From Micavibrio sp. (GTDB lineage Bacteria; Pseudomonadota; Alphaproteobacteria; Micavibrionales; CSBR16-224): DNA of 35,488 nucleotides. Positions 1 to 9,351 of this stretch are shown piece by piece. The number at the start of each line of letters is the position of its first letter. Position 1 is the first letter of the stretch. The translations under genes were made by a program, and so were the position numbers. Under the pieces are notes generated by a model, which saw only the letters and a program-made list of their open reading frames with translations, had not been told where the DNA came from and made no database searches. The stretch is from the NCBI GenBank assembly GCA_027047045.1, contig JALTWL010000290.1, positions 1 to 35,488 on the forward strand, read 5' to 3'.

Positions 1-2
1 CT

Positions 3-140
3 ATAGCAGTAAAATCTGTGGTAAAACAATGGCTTGATTTTTATAATTCCAAGCGACCGCATTCAACATTTGACGGAGCCACCCCAAATGAGATATATTT
101 CAAAAAACTTCCCCTTAAGGGGAATATAATAGTAGCATGA
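3..140 (+). mobile_element. 3' end of an IS transposase gene (rve/DDE integrase-core C-terminus), 5' part lost at the window edge
   Basis: Frame 3 reads IAVKSVVKQWLDFYNSKRPHSTFDGATPNEIYFKKLPLKGNIIVA, stop TGA at 138-140. The FYNxxRPHSxxxGxTPxE motif is typical of the C-terminus of IS3/IS481-type DDE transposases. It is too short to appear in the ORF track. Confidence 0.6.
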
Positions 141-370
141 TTTATAACATTTATAACGGATAATACCTTAATATTGCTGCTAATTGGTCTGAACAATTGG
201 TACCACCTTAATTGTGCCTCCAATGCTTCTTGCATAGCCAATTCTACCCTCTCATCGGTTTCATCTTTCAGACTAAGGTATAATGAGAATATATCAACCA
301 CAACATTCTTAGCAAATAAAGTAGGGTCATATCGCCACACTTGTATAGTACAAGTATCTTGTGCATCCAT
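41..370 (-). CDS. Small acidic hypothetical protein; its 3' part is antisense to the IS fragment, so it is probably truncated or fused by the IS insertion
   Basis: 109-aa ORF. The N-terminal ~70 aa (MDAQDTCTIQVWRYDPTLFAKNVVVDIFSLYLSLKDETDERVELAMQEALEAQL...) look protein-like. The C-terminal ~35 aa are encoded opposite the transposase reading frame at 41-140. It lies 60 bp downstream of the NYN gene on the same strand. Confidence 0.3.
   Translation of the reverse strand: MDAQDTCTIQVWRYDPTLFAKNVVVDIFSLYLSLKDETDERVELAMQEALEAQLRWYQLFRPISSNIKVLSVINVINHATIIFPLRGSFLKYISFGVAPSNVECGRLEL
140..157. repeat. Tandem 9-bp duplication ATTTATAAC x2 directly after the transposase stop codon (possibly IS-end sequence)
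   Basis: Read directly: atttataac at 140-148 and again at 149-157. Confidence 0.5.
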
Positions 371-429
371 ATTAAAGAATCTTTCTTTTATTTTTCACCA
401 TTTTTAACCCAAACTTAAAACTAAAATAT

Positions 430-1056
430 TTATAACCAATCGCTTGGCTTGGCTATATTCGTATTAGGAATACTCTCTGGTAACTGCGATTTTTGTAAAA
501 CAGACTTTCTAATTTTTCTAACAAAATGAGCATATCTTTTTAGCTGTTCAGATGTTCTTGTTTTTTGACCAGGAGTAAAAAGACCAAGAACCTTCTCATG
601 ATGATATTCACGAACCAATTTCATAGATTCAGCCATATCACTATCATTAGAAATAATAATGGCACAATCAAAAAGATCTCGCCATCCATCATTCAATAAA
701 TGCACGGCAAGATTCACGTCAGAACCTTTTTCTTCTGTTTTGACAACTTCTAAAGTATTAGGCGGAGGATTTGCATTCTCCATTCTTACTGTATGCCTTG
801 AAAAGTGTCCGTAATAAGTGCTTACTTCTGGTATATAGTGCTCTAATGCCCTTACGTAACTTTGCTGTTCTTGGGGCGCGGTCTTATTTCTATTCGTCTG
901 TTTCACACGTGCTGTAAAATATTTTATCTTCTCAATCTCATGATGTTCTTCTAATAAATATTTACACAATACCTTTAAATCTAGCCATTTATATGGTGTA
1001 TTCTTTAAGCAACCATAATATAAATTAAACCCATCAATATAAATTCTTGTTCTCAT
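430..1056 (-). CDS. NYN-domain (PIN-like, LabA/Limkain-b1-type) putative ribonuclease
   Basis: MRTRIYIDGFNLYYG... N-terminal acidic motif, EEKGSDVNLAVHLL and IIISNDSDM motifs typical of NYN domains. I prefer the ATG at 1056, with GGAGAAG 8-9 nt upstream, over the TTG at 1083 used by the ORF track. Confidence 0.8.
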   Translation of the reverse strand: MRTRIYIDGFNLYYGCLKNTPYKWLDLKVLCKYLLEEHHEIEKIKYFTARVKQTNRNKTAPQEQQSYVRALEHYIPEVSTYYGHFSRHTVRMENANPPPNTLEVVKTEEKGSDVNLAVHLLNDGWRDLFDCAIIISNDSDMAESMKLVREYHHEKVLGLFTPGQKTRTSEQLKRYAHFVRKIRKSVLQKSQLPESIPNTNIAKPSDWL

Positions 1057-1084
1057 AGAAAAAATCTTCTCCAGAAAAAGCAAA

Positions 1085-1101
1085 GGCTCCCATAAGGAGC
1101 C
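1085..1101. other. GC-rich hairpin GGCTCC-cataa-GGAGCC in the 5' leader of the NYN gene
   Basis: Six perfect base pairs (1085-1090 with 1096-1101) in otherwise AT-rich DNA, about 30 nt upstream of the NYN start codon on the minus strand. Confidence 0.35.
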
Positions 1102-1624
1102 CTGCGGTCTGCGGACGAATCCAACAGATGTGATAATTTTAATATAGCGTAAAAACCTTAACAGTCAATAAATATTATACTAAAATTGATTATTTTTTCA
1201 TAAGATATATTATCAAATTAAAATATGGGCTTTGATGAAGTCTATATTTGTTGAAAAACCAGATGATTTTTCGTATAATTAAACTGAACGCAACAAAAGT
1301 GAAAAAATCCGAGCTAACAATGGTGTATTTAAATCCCATTCACCCATCTAAGACGATAATAGAAACTAATGATTTCTGGTTGCTAAGCAATAGGGTTCAT
1401 AATAAAATTGCACGTTCTGGGATTATAGAAATTCAAATAAATTTCAAATTAGATAGCACAATGAACCCCAAAATAAAGCAAAGGCTACTGTACTTAAAAA
1501 AGATTAATAGAGAGAATATTAGTTAAGTCCCATAAAGGTACCTAATGTTCCATAGGGTTTTCATTCGAGAGATCATATTCTCCTAGCATATCGATATTAG
1601 CCCAGTGAATAGCCCTACAAGCCC

Positions 1625-3142
1625 TTAACAAACTTTATAAAAAATTAAATTTTTATCTATATGTTTAATGTAAATTTCTTCTACCTTTTCTAAAAAGTCT
1701 ATCTTTTCATTTTTAAAGATACCCTGATATGTAAGTATGTAATCAACATCAAATAGTTTTATACTTTCTTTCAATAAATCAGCGTCTTGATTCCACCAAA
1801 TTAAATCTGTATTACTTTCTTTATTATTTTCAAAACAGTAATACCAATCTGGAAATATAGTTGAACCATTCTTTTGTAATGCGTATGCGATAGGTTCAAT
1901 TATAACTTTATATCCATCAAAAATGTTACTATATTGATTTTTAGGATTATTAAAGAGAAAAAGAAATCTTTTTTTATTACCCATTTTTTTTGCTATGCTA
2001 GCAATATGCTCTATTAATTCTTTGGTATTAACAGGGTTTCTAATATCTGGGCTTATTATCTTTGTTGCTGGACGGCACCCAAGCATAAAATAAAACGGAT
2101 TTATAGAAAGTGTGTAAATTATAACAGTAATTAAATCCAACTCTTTATTTAATAAAGAGAAACAAAATACAGATAAAAATATCATATAAATAGTCTGCTT
2201 ATCTGCAAATCTAAGAAATATAGAGTTTACTATAAACAACAGCAAAAAGATCATTTGCAAAATAAAATATTGGTCTATACCAAATTTAAAGATATACCAG
2301 CCAATAAAGAAAAGACTTAGAGCTAATATGTACAAAAATAAAATGTCAATTTTTTTATCCGATCTTTTATATTTAACCTTATCGTGAACCCCAATAGCTC
2401 CGCCCATTTTCTTCAATGCACCCTCTTTAAAAGAAACCAATACAGGAATTGCAACTTTTATGGTTGCTGGAACGATTGCTAAAATAATATAAAAATCCTG
2501 CCAATATAAGCCAAAAACAAATGTTATAATTCCAAATATAAAAATTGCCGTGAAACTAAAGAATGACATTGCAAATATAATCAGGCCATATAAAAGATAA
2601 CTATGTTCAAAAAGAGTATAAAAAGAAAGTGGCAAAAGCATCCAAGCCAAAATATTATAATTTTGCCTATCAATAAAATTTGCAAAAAAATAGGTGGAGC
2701 TAAAAGCAATCATAATTATTAAAATATTTTGCCACGTAAAATCTGCAATAACAAATACAGAAATACACCAAAATATCATTGCAAAAAATAGCATCATTAC
2801 AGTTCCGAAATGTGACTGAATTCTAAGTGCAAAGGGCATAGTATGAAACCAATTCTTTAAAGAAAAATCACGTCCACCACCAACAAGCGAACTAACTCCA
2901 TATCTACCAAATTTTTGAATATTTAAGCTCTGAATGTAATAAAAATAATTATTGAATGCCGTATGGGTCGTATTCCCACTAAGATAATGCCAATCACCTT
3001 TACTTAGTGCTTTTATAATATTAATCAGACTACCAATTAAAGCATATAGAGTCAGCGGGATCACAAGAATGGGGTGAAGCAATAAAAGTATAAGCCCTTT
3101 ATATCCATATATCTTCATAAATTTTTGAATTTTTTCTTGCAA
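1625..3142 (-). CDS. Large polytopic membrane protein with a C-terminal soluble domain; possible Wzy-like polymerase or other polysaccharide-assembly membrane protein
   Basis: 505 aa. About 10 or more hydrophobic segments in the first ~360 aa, then a ~145-aa soluble tail. It is the last gene of the minus-strand polysaccharide operon, 4 nt after the wzx stop. A GGGAGG Shine-Dalgarno sequence precedes the TTG start. Confidence 0.6.
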   Translation of the reverse strand: MQEKIQKFMKIYGYKGLILLLLHPILVIPLTLYALIGSLINIIKALSKGDWHYLSGNTTHTAFNNYFYYIQSLNIQKFGRYGVSSLVGGGRDFSLKNWFHTMPFALRIQSHFGTVMMLFFAMIFWCISVFVIADFTWQNILIIMIAFSSTYFFANFIDRQNYNILAWMLLPLSFYTLFEHSYLLYGLIIFAMSFFSFTAIFIFGIITFVFGLYWQDFYIILAIVPATIKVAIPVLVSFKEGALKKMGGAIGVHDKVKYKRSDKKIDILFLYILALSLFFIGWYIFKFGIDQYFILQMIFLLLFIVNSIFLRFADKQTIYMIFLSVFCFSLLNKELDLITVIIYTLSINPFYFMLGCRPATKIISPDIRNPVNTKELIEHIASIAKKMGNKKRFLFLFNNPKNQYSNIFDGYKVIIEPIAYALQKNGSTIFPDWYYCFENNKESNTDLIWWNQDADLLKESIKLFDVDYILTYQGIFKNEKIDFLEKVEEIYIKHIDKNLIFYKVC

Positions 3143-3146
3143 ACTA

Positions 3147-4457
3147 CTACCTCCCTAAATAAATAATAATAACCATCGATATAGAAATAAATATAGCATA
3201 ACTGAACCATTGCCATTTTACATACAAGAACCTATTGCTAATATTCATTCCAATAATATTCGCCACCATCAATGATATTATAGTTGCATAAGCCGCGCCA
3301 ATAAGCCCAAAGCTTTTTATTAAAAAATAATTTAAAACCATATTAAGTAAAGCTCCAGTAAAATTCGTAATAATTGAAAGATATGTCTTTTTACTTTTGA
3401 ATATCCCAAGCTCACTTATTAAATAAAAGCCATAAAAAATACCACTCCAACCGAGTATTCCTATTAGTTTATAACTTTCGTAATATTCTTCTGCAACTAA
3501 ATATTTTGCTAAATATGGTGCAATCAGGGCTAAAATTACGGCTCCGATACTACCAAGTAAAATATACCAAAAGCTAATTTTTCTAATAAACTCGCTAGCT
3601 TTTGGTTTATGCATCATATCCATCGCAATTGGCCACCAAGCTTTTCTAAATATTTCAACCGCCAATGCGATAAGCATAGCAAATTTCACACCTACCGAAT
3701 AAATACCAAGATCATGGCTACCAAGCATTTTCATTACAAACCATCTATCACCAGCTTGCATAGACCAAATTGCAAAGCCCGCAGGAACTAATGGAGCGCC
3801 AAATCTTAAAAAATCTCGCCATAAATCTATATTTAGATTTCTAAAATATCTGTAATTTCTTGTAGCAATCAAACCTATAAACATGACAATAAATGAAGCA
3901 ATTAAACTACCTAAGAAAAAGCCATATATCCCCATATCTTCAATATAGGTAAAATATAGTATCAACCCTATATTAAGAATAGTTTGCACAAAGCTAAGCC
4001 CTATATAATGCCACGGTTTATACAGTAATCTAAAAATCTCCAAGCTCTGAGATATAAGATTTGCAAAAAAGATAGAGCTTGCCACCATTAATAGATATAT
4101 CGTTGGCAGGTTAGTTTCAAAAGCAAAATCCAAAATAAAAGGCGATAAAATACCGATAATACCGATAACAATAATACCTAAAATAATTCTTAACCCTAAA
4201 ATCGAAGTAGTGACTTCTTTAATATCACGGTTCTTTTTATTCTTTGCCTCCATGAAATAAAAGCTTTGGGCACTATCAAGCCCCATGGTCATAAATATAG
4301 ATAATATCCCTCCAATAGTCGCGAACATCTCAATCACGCCAAATTCACTTGGAGAGAATATTCTTGTATATATAGGGAGAGTAAAAAAGGCTAGCGACTT
4401 AATAAAAATAGCGCCTAGACCATACACCGCTGAATCTGTAAGAAGTTTTTTATACAT
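3147..4457 (-). CDS. wzx: Oligosaccharide/polysaccharide flippase (MOP superfamily, Wzx-like)
   Basis: 436 aa with ~12 predicted TM segments. The N-terminus LLTDSAVYGLGAIFIKSLAFFTLPIYTRIFSPSEFG is typical of polysaccharide biosynthesis (Wzx/RfbX) proteins. Confidence 0.85.
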   Translation of the reverse strand: MYKKLLTDSAVYGLGAIFIKSLAFFTLPIYTRIFSPSEFGVIEMFATIGGILSIFMTMGLDSAQSFYFMEAKNKKNRDIKEVTTSILGLRIILGIIVIGIIGILSPFILDFAFETNLPTIYLLMVASSIFFANLISQSLEIFRLLYKPWHYIGLSFVQTILNIGLILYFTYIEDMGIYGFFLGSLIASFIVMFIGLIATRNYRYFRNLNIDLWRDFLRFGAPLVPAGFAIWSMQAGDRWFVMKMLGSHDLGIYSVGVKFAMLIALAVEIFRKAWWPIAMDMMHKPKASEFIRKISFWYILLGSIGAVILALIAPYLAKYLVAEEYYESYKLIGILGWSGIFYGFYLISELGIFKSKKTYLSIITNFTGALLNMVLNYFLIKSFGLIGAAYATIISLMVANIIGMNISNRFLYVKWQWFSYAIFISISMVIIIYLGR

Positions 4458-4468
4458 CTATAGTCCAT

Positions 4469-5305
4469 TTAGCATTGTTTTTTCCTAACATTTGCGTAAA
4501 TCATAAATGGAAGACGCTGATCAAGAAAACGATGCAAAAATTTAGGAATTCGTACAGGCAATGCTCGCGCGGGGAAAAAATGATAATATATTTCTTCAAT
4601 TTCAAAATGTGGCGATAACATATCTATAAATTGTTGTTTTGTATACGCTTTACCTATTGGATTATCTGAACCATCATAACACCTGACAATATCAGATGCA
4701 TCTGATGTATCTGCAAGATTCTCACGACCTCGACCCTTTAGGCTAACAAGCCTACCTAACAGACCAAAAACTCCCCAATTACGCAAAATAATATTTTGAT
4801 AATAAACGGACAAACATGCTCTACCATTTGGTTGAAGTACACGGGCAATCTCGGAAATAGCTTGCTGGGTGTCTGGTGTGTGGTGAATAACTCCCTGACA
4901 ATTCACGTGACTGAAAGAACAATCTGAAAAGCTAAGATCTTCAGCGTTTTCTTTAAAAGTTTCCGCTTTTAAATTGTAGTATTCCAGACGTTTTTTTGTT
5001 AAATCAATAGCTTGCTGAGTGAGATCTGCACTAAACATTGCCTCAATAGAACAACGTTTTTGTAGCTCAATCGTCCAAAACCCGGGGCCACAGCCTAAAT
5101 CTAAAACCTTTTCACGATTTTCAATATTAGGAAGCATACGGTCATCAAAATTTCCCGCATAACAATCTGCTATATAGACCTTACGATGCTCTTTAAAATA
5201 ATCAAATGACCCTATATCAGAGCTACTTTCCCCAACGAATAGAGGGTTATTTTCCCAGAAATTATACACATCATCAATATTGGCAGGTTTAGATTTTAAA
5301 GCCAT
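4469..5305 (-). CDS. Class I SAM-dependent methyltransferase
   Basis: SAM-binding motif I VLDLGCGPGFWT, and post-I/II/III motifs (ADLT, VNCQGVIHH, LQPNGRA). Confidence 0.85.
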   Translation of the reverse strand: MALKSKPANIDDVYNFWENNPLFVGESSSDIGSFDYFKEHRKVYIADCYAGNFDDRMLPNIENREKVLDLGCGPGFWTIELQKRCSIEAMFSADLTQQAIDLTKKRLEYYNLKAETFKENAEDLSFSDCSFSHVNCQGVIHHTPDTQQAISEIARVLQPNGRACLSVYYQNIILRNWGVFGLLGRLVSLKGRGRENLADTSDASDIVRCYDGSDNPIGKAYTKQQFIDMLSPHFEIEEIYYHFFPARALPVRIPKFLHRFLDQRLPFMIYANVRKKQC

Positions 5306-5466
5306 TTTCCCTCTTCTTTATGTATTTGTGTTTTTTCTCGATTTATATATAAACGAAAAATATAATATTTACCACCATTAAAGAATATAGGTAGCAGCCT
5401 CAATAGTATACAACTGAATCTTTGATTTATTTTTTATACATAACGTATACTTATCAATGAAAAATA

Positions 5467-6066
5467 TTAATCCTTTATTGAAATTATAATTTTCTCTGGA
5501 TAGCAAGGCATTTCTACCATTTTTAACATTCCTACCATTTTAACTAACTTTATAACCCCTTTATTAGAAACACGAAAACAGCCCCAAAATTTGCTAGATA
5601 CACTTTTTAGTTTCACAATATTATCTTTATAAGCCTCTATAAATTCATTTCTTACAACCTCGTTTCTTCTATGCTTATTATCTATGATAAAAACCCCCAC
5701 ATGATAATTGTATATATCCTCAGGAATAAAATTCTTTAATTTTTTTGTCTTAATGGTCTTATAAAGATTTAATAAAGAAGAAAAACTTAATATATTTTCT
5801 AACAAAAATTTAAATAAATGTATTATAGCTCTTTTTTTAAAATCCGTTTCAAAACCACTGTAATTTAGAAAGATTACACTAAATGCAACAACATTATTAT
5901 CATATATAACTAAATTTATATTAGTATCTTTACGCTGTAAAATTAACTTATAAAATGTACGAACAAAGTTTTCACCTAGAATCATAGATAATTCTTTTTT
6001 ATCCATATTTTGCATATGTAATTCAACAATAGACTCTAAGTCTATAATATTTGCTGTTTTAATCAT
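5467..6066 (-). CDS. Hypothetical protein, possibly a GNAT-fold acyltransferase
   Basis: 199-aa ORF in the operon. Its size and N-terminal layout resemble small acetyltransferases, but the Q/RxxGxG/A motif is not clear. Confidence 0.45.
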   Translation of the reverse strand: MIKTANIIDLESIVELHMQNMDKKELSMILGENFVRTFYKLILQRKDTNINLVIYDNNVVAFSVIFLNYSGFETDFKKRAIIHLFKFLLENILSFSSLLNLYKTIKTKKLKNFIPEDIYNYHVGVFIIDNKHRRNEVVRNEFIEAYKDNIVKLKSVSSKFWGCFRVSNKGVIKLVKMVGMLKMVEMPCYPEKIIISIKD

Positions 6067-6125
6067 TTTGTACTCCTATGAGAAAAATTTATTTGGTTTA
6101 ACCTAACAATTAACACAAACAGAGC

Positions 6126-7379
6126 TTATTTTGAAAGAAAAAATGCTTTAAAGTAATTTTTAATTTGTTCCCTCTTTTGTGTTCTTGATATTAAAAAGAG
6201 AGATTGATGTTCATTCAAACACAGAGGTAGATTAATTATATGCTCCGCGGTATATTTTGCTTCTGGACAAGATACATAACCTTTTTCTTGATAGGCAAAC
6301 ATATCTGCAATACTATAATCGACAATACGCCCTATTTCTACACCAACTTCTTTTTCAAGCTCTGAAATAATCATCTCCATTTTATCAAGGTCATGAACAA
6401 TTACAGGAAAATGGCTCCAAGTATGTCCAGCTTGTGGTTCTTTATAACATAACAAGCCATCATCCTTATAGGGACGTAAAATATCAGCATAAAATACAGC
6501 CAAATTCTGACGATCTTGAATTCTTTGCTCATATCTGGCCAATGAGGACAAACCAATAGTTGCCTCAAAAGAATTCATCTGTCCTTTAAAGTCTTTCGGC
6601 AAATCTATGACATCATCTTGATAATAATCAGTTTCAGAGGACAGCAATTTCGTATTTTTCTGTAACCAATAAACCAATCCATAACCAAGAGATGTAAAAG
6701 CAAAAAAAACTGCCATAACATAGACCCTAGAAAGCAAACTATTCTTATTTTTTATGTCGTCTCTCTTATAGACAATCCTAACTTTATTCGTCAGTTCGGC
6801 ATCTTTTAAAGTCAACATGCCGCCTTTAACACTATTAACCAGTTTCGAAATATTCATGCCAAATAAAGCACCATCACCCCATTTTGTTACAACTTCTTTT
6901 GTACTGTCTTTACAAAAATAGCTATGTGCACAATCTTGTAATACAAATATATGTGGATATTGTATTTTTACGGTCTCGTAAAGCTCCCGTGTCTCCTCAG
7001 CAATGCCAAATAAATGCGTTGGAATAATCATTACAATATCTTCGGGGGATTTTTCTATAGTCGCTATATAAGCCTTAGGATCAGGCTGAAAGCTCCCTTT
7101 CTTATTATCTAAGAATACAGGTATATTGCCAGACATTACAATTGCGTGAGCCACCACAACGCAAGTATAGCTTGGCAAAATTATTTTTTTGTTTTTATGC
7201 CCCAACGCTTTTAAAAGGTAATAAAGACCAGACCGTCCATATCTAAAAGCAACTGCATTCCCTTGTCCTGTTCTTTTAGAAAACTCTTGCTCAAGTTTAT
7301 GCACTGCATTTTCCTTCGCAGGCAAAAAACACTGAAAAAAATCCTTCCATCTATAATCAGGCGAAAAACGTGGTATCAT
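6126..7379 (-). CDS. DegT/DnrJ/EryC1/StrS-family PLP-dependent sugar aminotransferase
   Basis: FRYGRSGLYYLLKALG...ILPSYTCVVVAHAIVMSGNIPVFLD, and a candidate PLP-lysine region FGMNISKLVNSVKGGML. Confidence 0.85.
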   Translation of the reverse strand: MIPRFSPDYRWKDFFQCFLPAKENAVHKLEQEFSKRTGQGNAVAFRYGRSGLYYLLKALGHKNKKIILPSYTCVVVAHAIVMSGNIPVFLDNKKGSFQPDPKAYIATIEKSPEDIVMIIPTHLFGIAEETRELYETVKIQYPHIFVLQDCAHSYFCKDSTKEVVTKWGDGALFGMNISKLVNSVKGGMLTLKDAELTNKVRIVYKRDDIKNKNSLLSRVYVMAVFFAFTSLGYGLVYWLQKNTKLLSSETDYYQDDVIDLPKDFKGQMNSFEATIGLSSLARYEQRIQDRQNLAVFYADILRPYKDDGLLCYKEPQAGHTWSHFPVIVHDLDKMEMIISELEKEVGVEIGRIVDYSIADMFAYQEKGYVSCPEAKYTAEHIINLPLCLNEHQSLFLISRTQKREQIKNYFKAFFLSK

Positions 7380-7384
7380 TAATT

Positions 7385-8935
7385 TTATCTAATTTCCTTG
7401 AATTCTATTAACGCATTTTTTTGTCTAAAAGATTGTTTGTTAAAATAACCACTACTGGCCATATGAATAGCTTTAGATTTACCTAAATGCTTTATCCATT
7501 TTGTGTTTTTAGGTTGTTGTATTTTTTCTTCTATTAATAATCTATCTTCTTCAAAAGTAAACTTCCTAATGACATGCCCATCAATTTTATTTTTGCCCGT
7601 CATGAGTTTTTTTACGATAATTTTTTTAAATAAATTACCTAAAAATACAGATTTAAATATAGTCAAACTTAGCGCTCTTAAAATAATAAATTTTAAAGGG
7701 GTTGGATAATCCTCACCCGACAAATAAAAATCAGTCTTTATAATAAAATCATCAAAATTAATATTATTCTCAAAAGCTTGTGTAGAGAACTTTTTATTAT
7801 TATTTAAGACACCAAATAAACCACCATCTTCAAAAACCTGTTTTGAGTTTTTATCAAATATTTTTATTGTTCCACCTTTTTTATAATTAATTACGGCAAA
7901 ATAATGTTTATTTGAATGAAGGAAAAGCCCCGCTCCTTGAAAATCTTTTTCATCCTCACATTGCCAAAAAGCTTTTAATTTACATTTTTTTATAGCAGCC
8001 TTGCTTTGCTCAAAGTTAATTGCCGCCACAGCATAGGAATTTAACAGTGGAATAAAATTACCTATATCTATTTCTTGGGGTAAAATATGCTGTTCTTTAG
8101 GCTCTAAATATTTTGCCATCAATGCAAAATCATCTATTTTCTCCGCAAGACTAATGATACCAGCAGGATAAAAAACCTCGGTATTTCTTGAACCATAAAG
8201 TCCACCAATACTTCCATCTGGATGAATGAAATGTTTTAAAAAACGAGCTGATTTCTCTAAACTTTTCAGTAGCTTTTTATCTTGAGTAATCTCATAAGCG
8301 CAATAAAGATAATAAGTACATAAAGTTTGATAGGCAGGATCTGCTCCATCATATTCACGATACCAACCTTCTGATGATTGCTGTTTATAAATAATTGCCA
8401 ACAACTCATTAGCATGACAATTATCAGATTCTGTTAATTTATTCCAAAGAGCTATTGCAGCAACCGCTGTCGCCAAATGATTAGAAATAACAGCATGTTC
8501 TTCATTATTTACGGTAATAAAATTAATAAGCGGGCGAATAATATCAAAATATTTATCTATTATAATTTCATCTTGCAAATAGTTTAAAGCCGATAATATA
8601 TCAAATGCCACAAGCGCAGTTACACAAAAAGAATTTTCCGCAGGATACGCTTCTTCCATAGAGCCATTAGAATATGTGATATTGCTAGTCGCATTAATAA
8701 CGCTATCAATAACGTCTAAAACTTTTCTCTTTTCCTCCGCAGTAAACAACTCAAGTTTTATTGCAATGGCAAGGCTATGCACACCACCTTGCATAGTTGC
8801 ATTGGCAAAATCTTTGGTTTTCCAGCCCCAATACTCTCTATCTCCTATACCGTAAGTGGTCGAAAACTTATCTAAATTATATAGATTTAATAGACGGCTT
8901 AAATTTTCAGACAGTATTTGTTTATAAATGTTCAC
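7385..8935 (-). CDS. Hypothetical 516-aa protein of unknown function (possibly an alpha/alpha-toroid-type carbohydrate-active enzyme)
   Basis: Long ORF translationally coupled to the upstream gene by a 4-nt overlap. Segments rich in aromatic residues and Gly (SSEGWYREYDGADPAYQT, HPDGSIGGLYGSRNTEVFYPAG) resemble heparinase-II/III or cyclase-like toroid folds. That is pattern recognition only. Confidence 0.55.
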   Translation of the reverse strand: MNIYKQILSENLSRLLNLYNLDKFSTTYGIGDREYWGWKTKDFANATMQGGVHSLAIAIKLELFTAEEKRKVLDVIDSVINATSNITYSNGSMEEAYPAENSFCVTALVAFDILSALNYLQDEIIIDKYFDIIRPLINFITVNNEEHAVISNHLATAVAAIALWNKLTESDNCHANELLAIIYKQQSSEGWYREYDGADPAYQTLCTYYLYCAYEITQDKKLLKSLEKSARFLKHFIHPDGSIGGLYGSRNTEVFYPAGIISLAEKIDDFALMAKYLEPKEQHILPQEIDIGNFIPLLNSYAVAAINFEQSKAAIKKCKLKAFWQCEDEKDFQGAGLFLHSNKHYFAVINYKKGGTIKIFDKNSKQVFEDGGLFGVLNNNKKFSTQAFENNINFDDFIIKTDFYLSGEDYPTPLKFIILRALSLTIFKSVFLGNLFKKIIVKKLMTGKNKIDGHVIRKFTFEEDRLLIEEKIQQPKNTKWIKHLGKSKAIHMASSGYFNKQSFRQKNALIEFKEIR

Positions 8936-9351
8936 GGCTTATCATTTCTATAAATAAAAGACCAAGACAAATTAAAGTCCATCGGCAATATTCCAAGTGG
9001 TTTTTTAACGGACTTAATATTTATAAAATTATCATCGAGTTGTTTCTTAATTTTATTTACAAAATTAGGGTGCTCCCAACAAATTATTTTATCGTAATCA
9101 ATATCCATGTGTTTCTTTACATACCTTCTTGAGGTTACGAATCTACCTAGACCCCAAGCAATTCCACCTTCAGTCGGCACAGCGCCAATTAAAATACCGT
9201 TAGGCTTTAATATTCTTTTTAATTCTTGTAAATAATATTCATTCTGCCATTTTATAAAATCAGCATCATAAAAATCTGTTTTTAATCCCCATTTTTCCCT
9301 ATCACCAAATAATGGCTTGAATATAAAATACGGTAAATATCTATATAGCAT
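8932..9351 (-). CDS. Methyltransferase-like C-terminal half (lacks the SAM-binding motif I)
   Basis: LKRILKPNGILIGAVPTEGG matches the post-motif-III region of class I methyltransferases. Only ~45 aa precede it and they contain no GxGxG motif. The ORF overlaps its upstream neighbour by 11 nt and its downstream neighbour by 4 nt. Confidence 0.5.
   Translation of the reverse strand: MLYRYLPYFIFKPLFGDREKWGLKTDFYDADFIKWQNEYYLQELKRILKPNGILIGAVPTEGGIAWGLGRFVTSRRYVKKHMDIDYDKIICWEHPNFVNKIKKQLDDNFINIKSVKKPLGILPMDFNLSWSFIYRNDKP

Noticed and set aside
1248-1526. 92-aa plus-strand ORF between the NYN gene and the polysaccharide operon
   Set aside because: It has a non-ATG start, no RBS and a low-complexity Asn/Lys/Ile-rich translation typical of AT-rich non-coding DNA. 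I am not confident it is a gene.
1588-1600. 10-bp palindrome ATATCGATAT downstream of the polysaccharide operon
   Set aside because: It is short and AT-rich with no flanking U-run, so it is compatible with chance occurrence.
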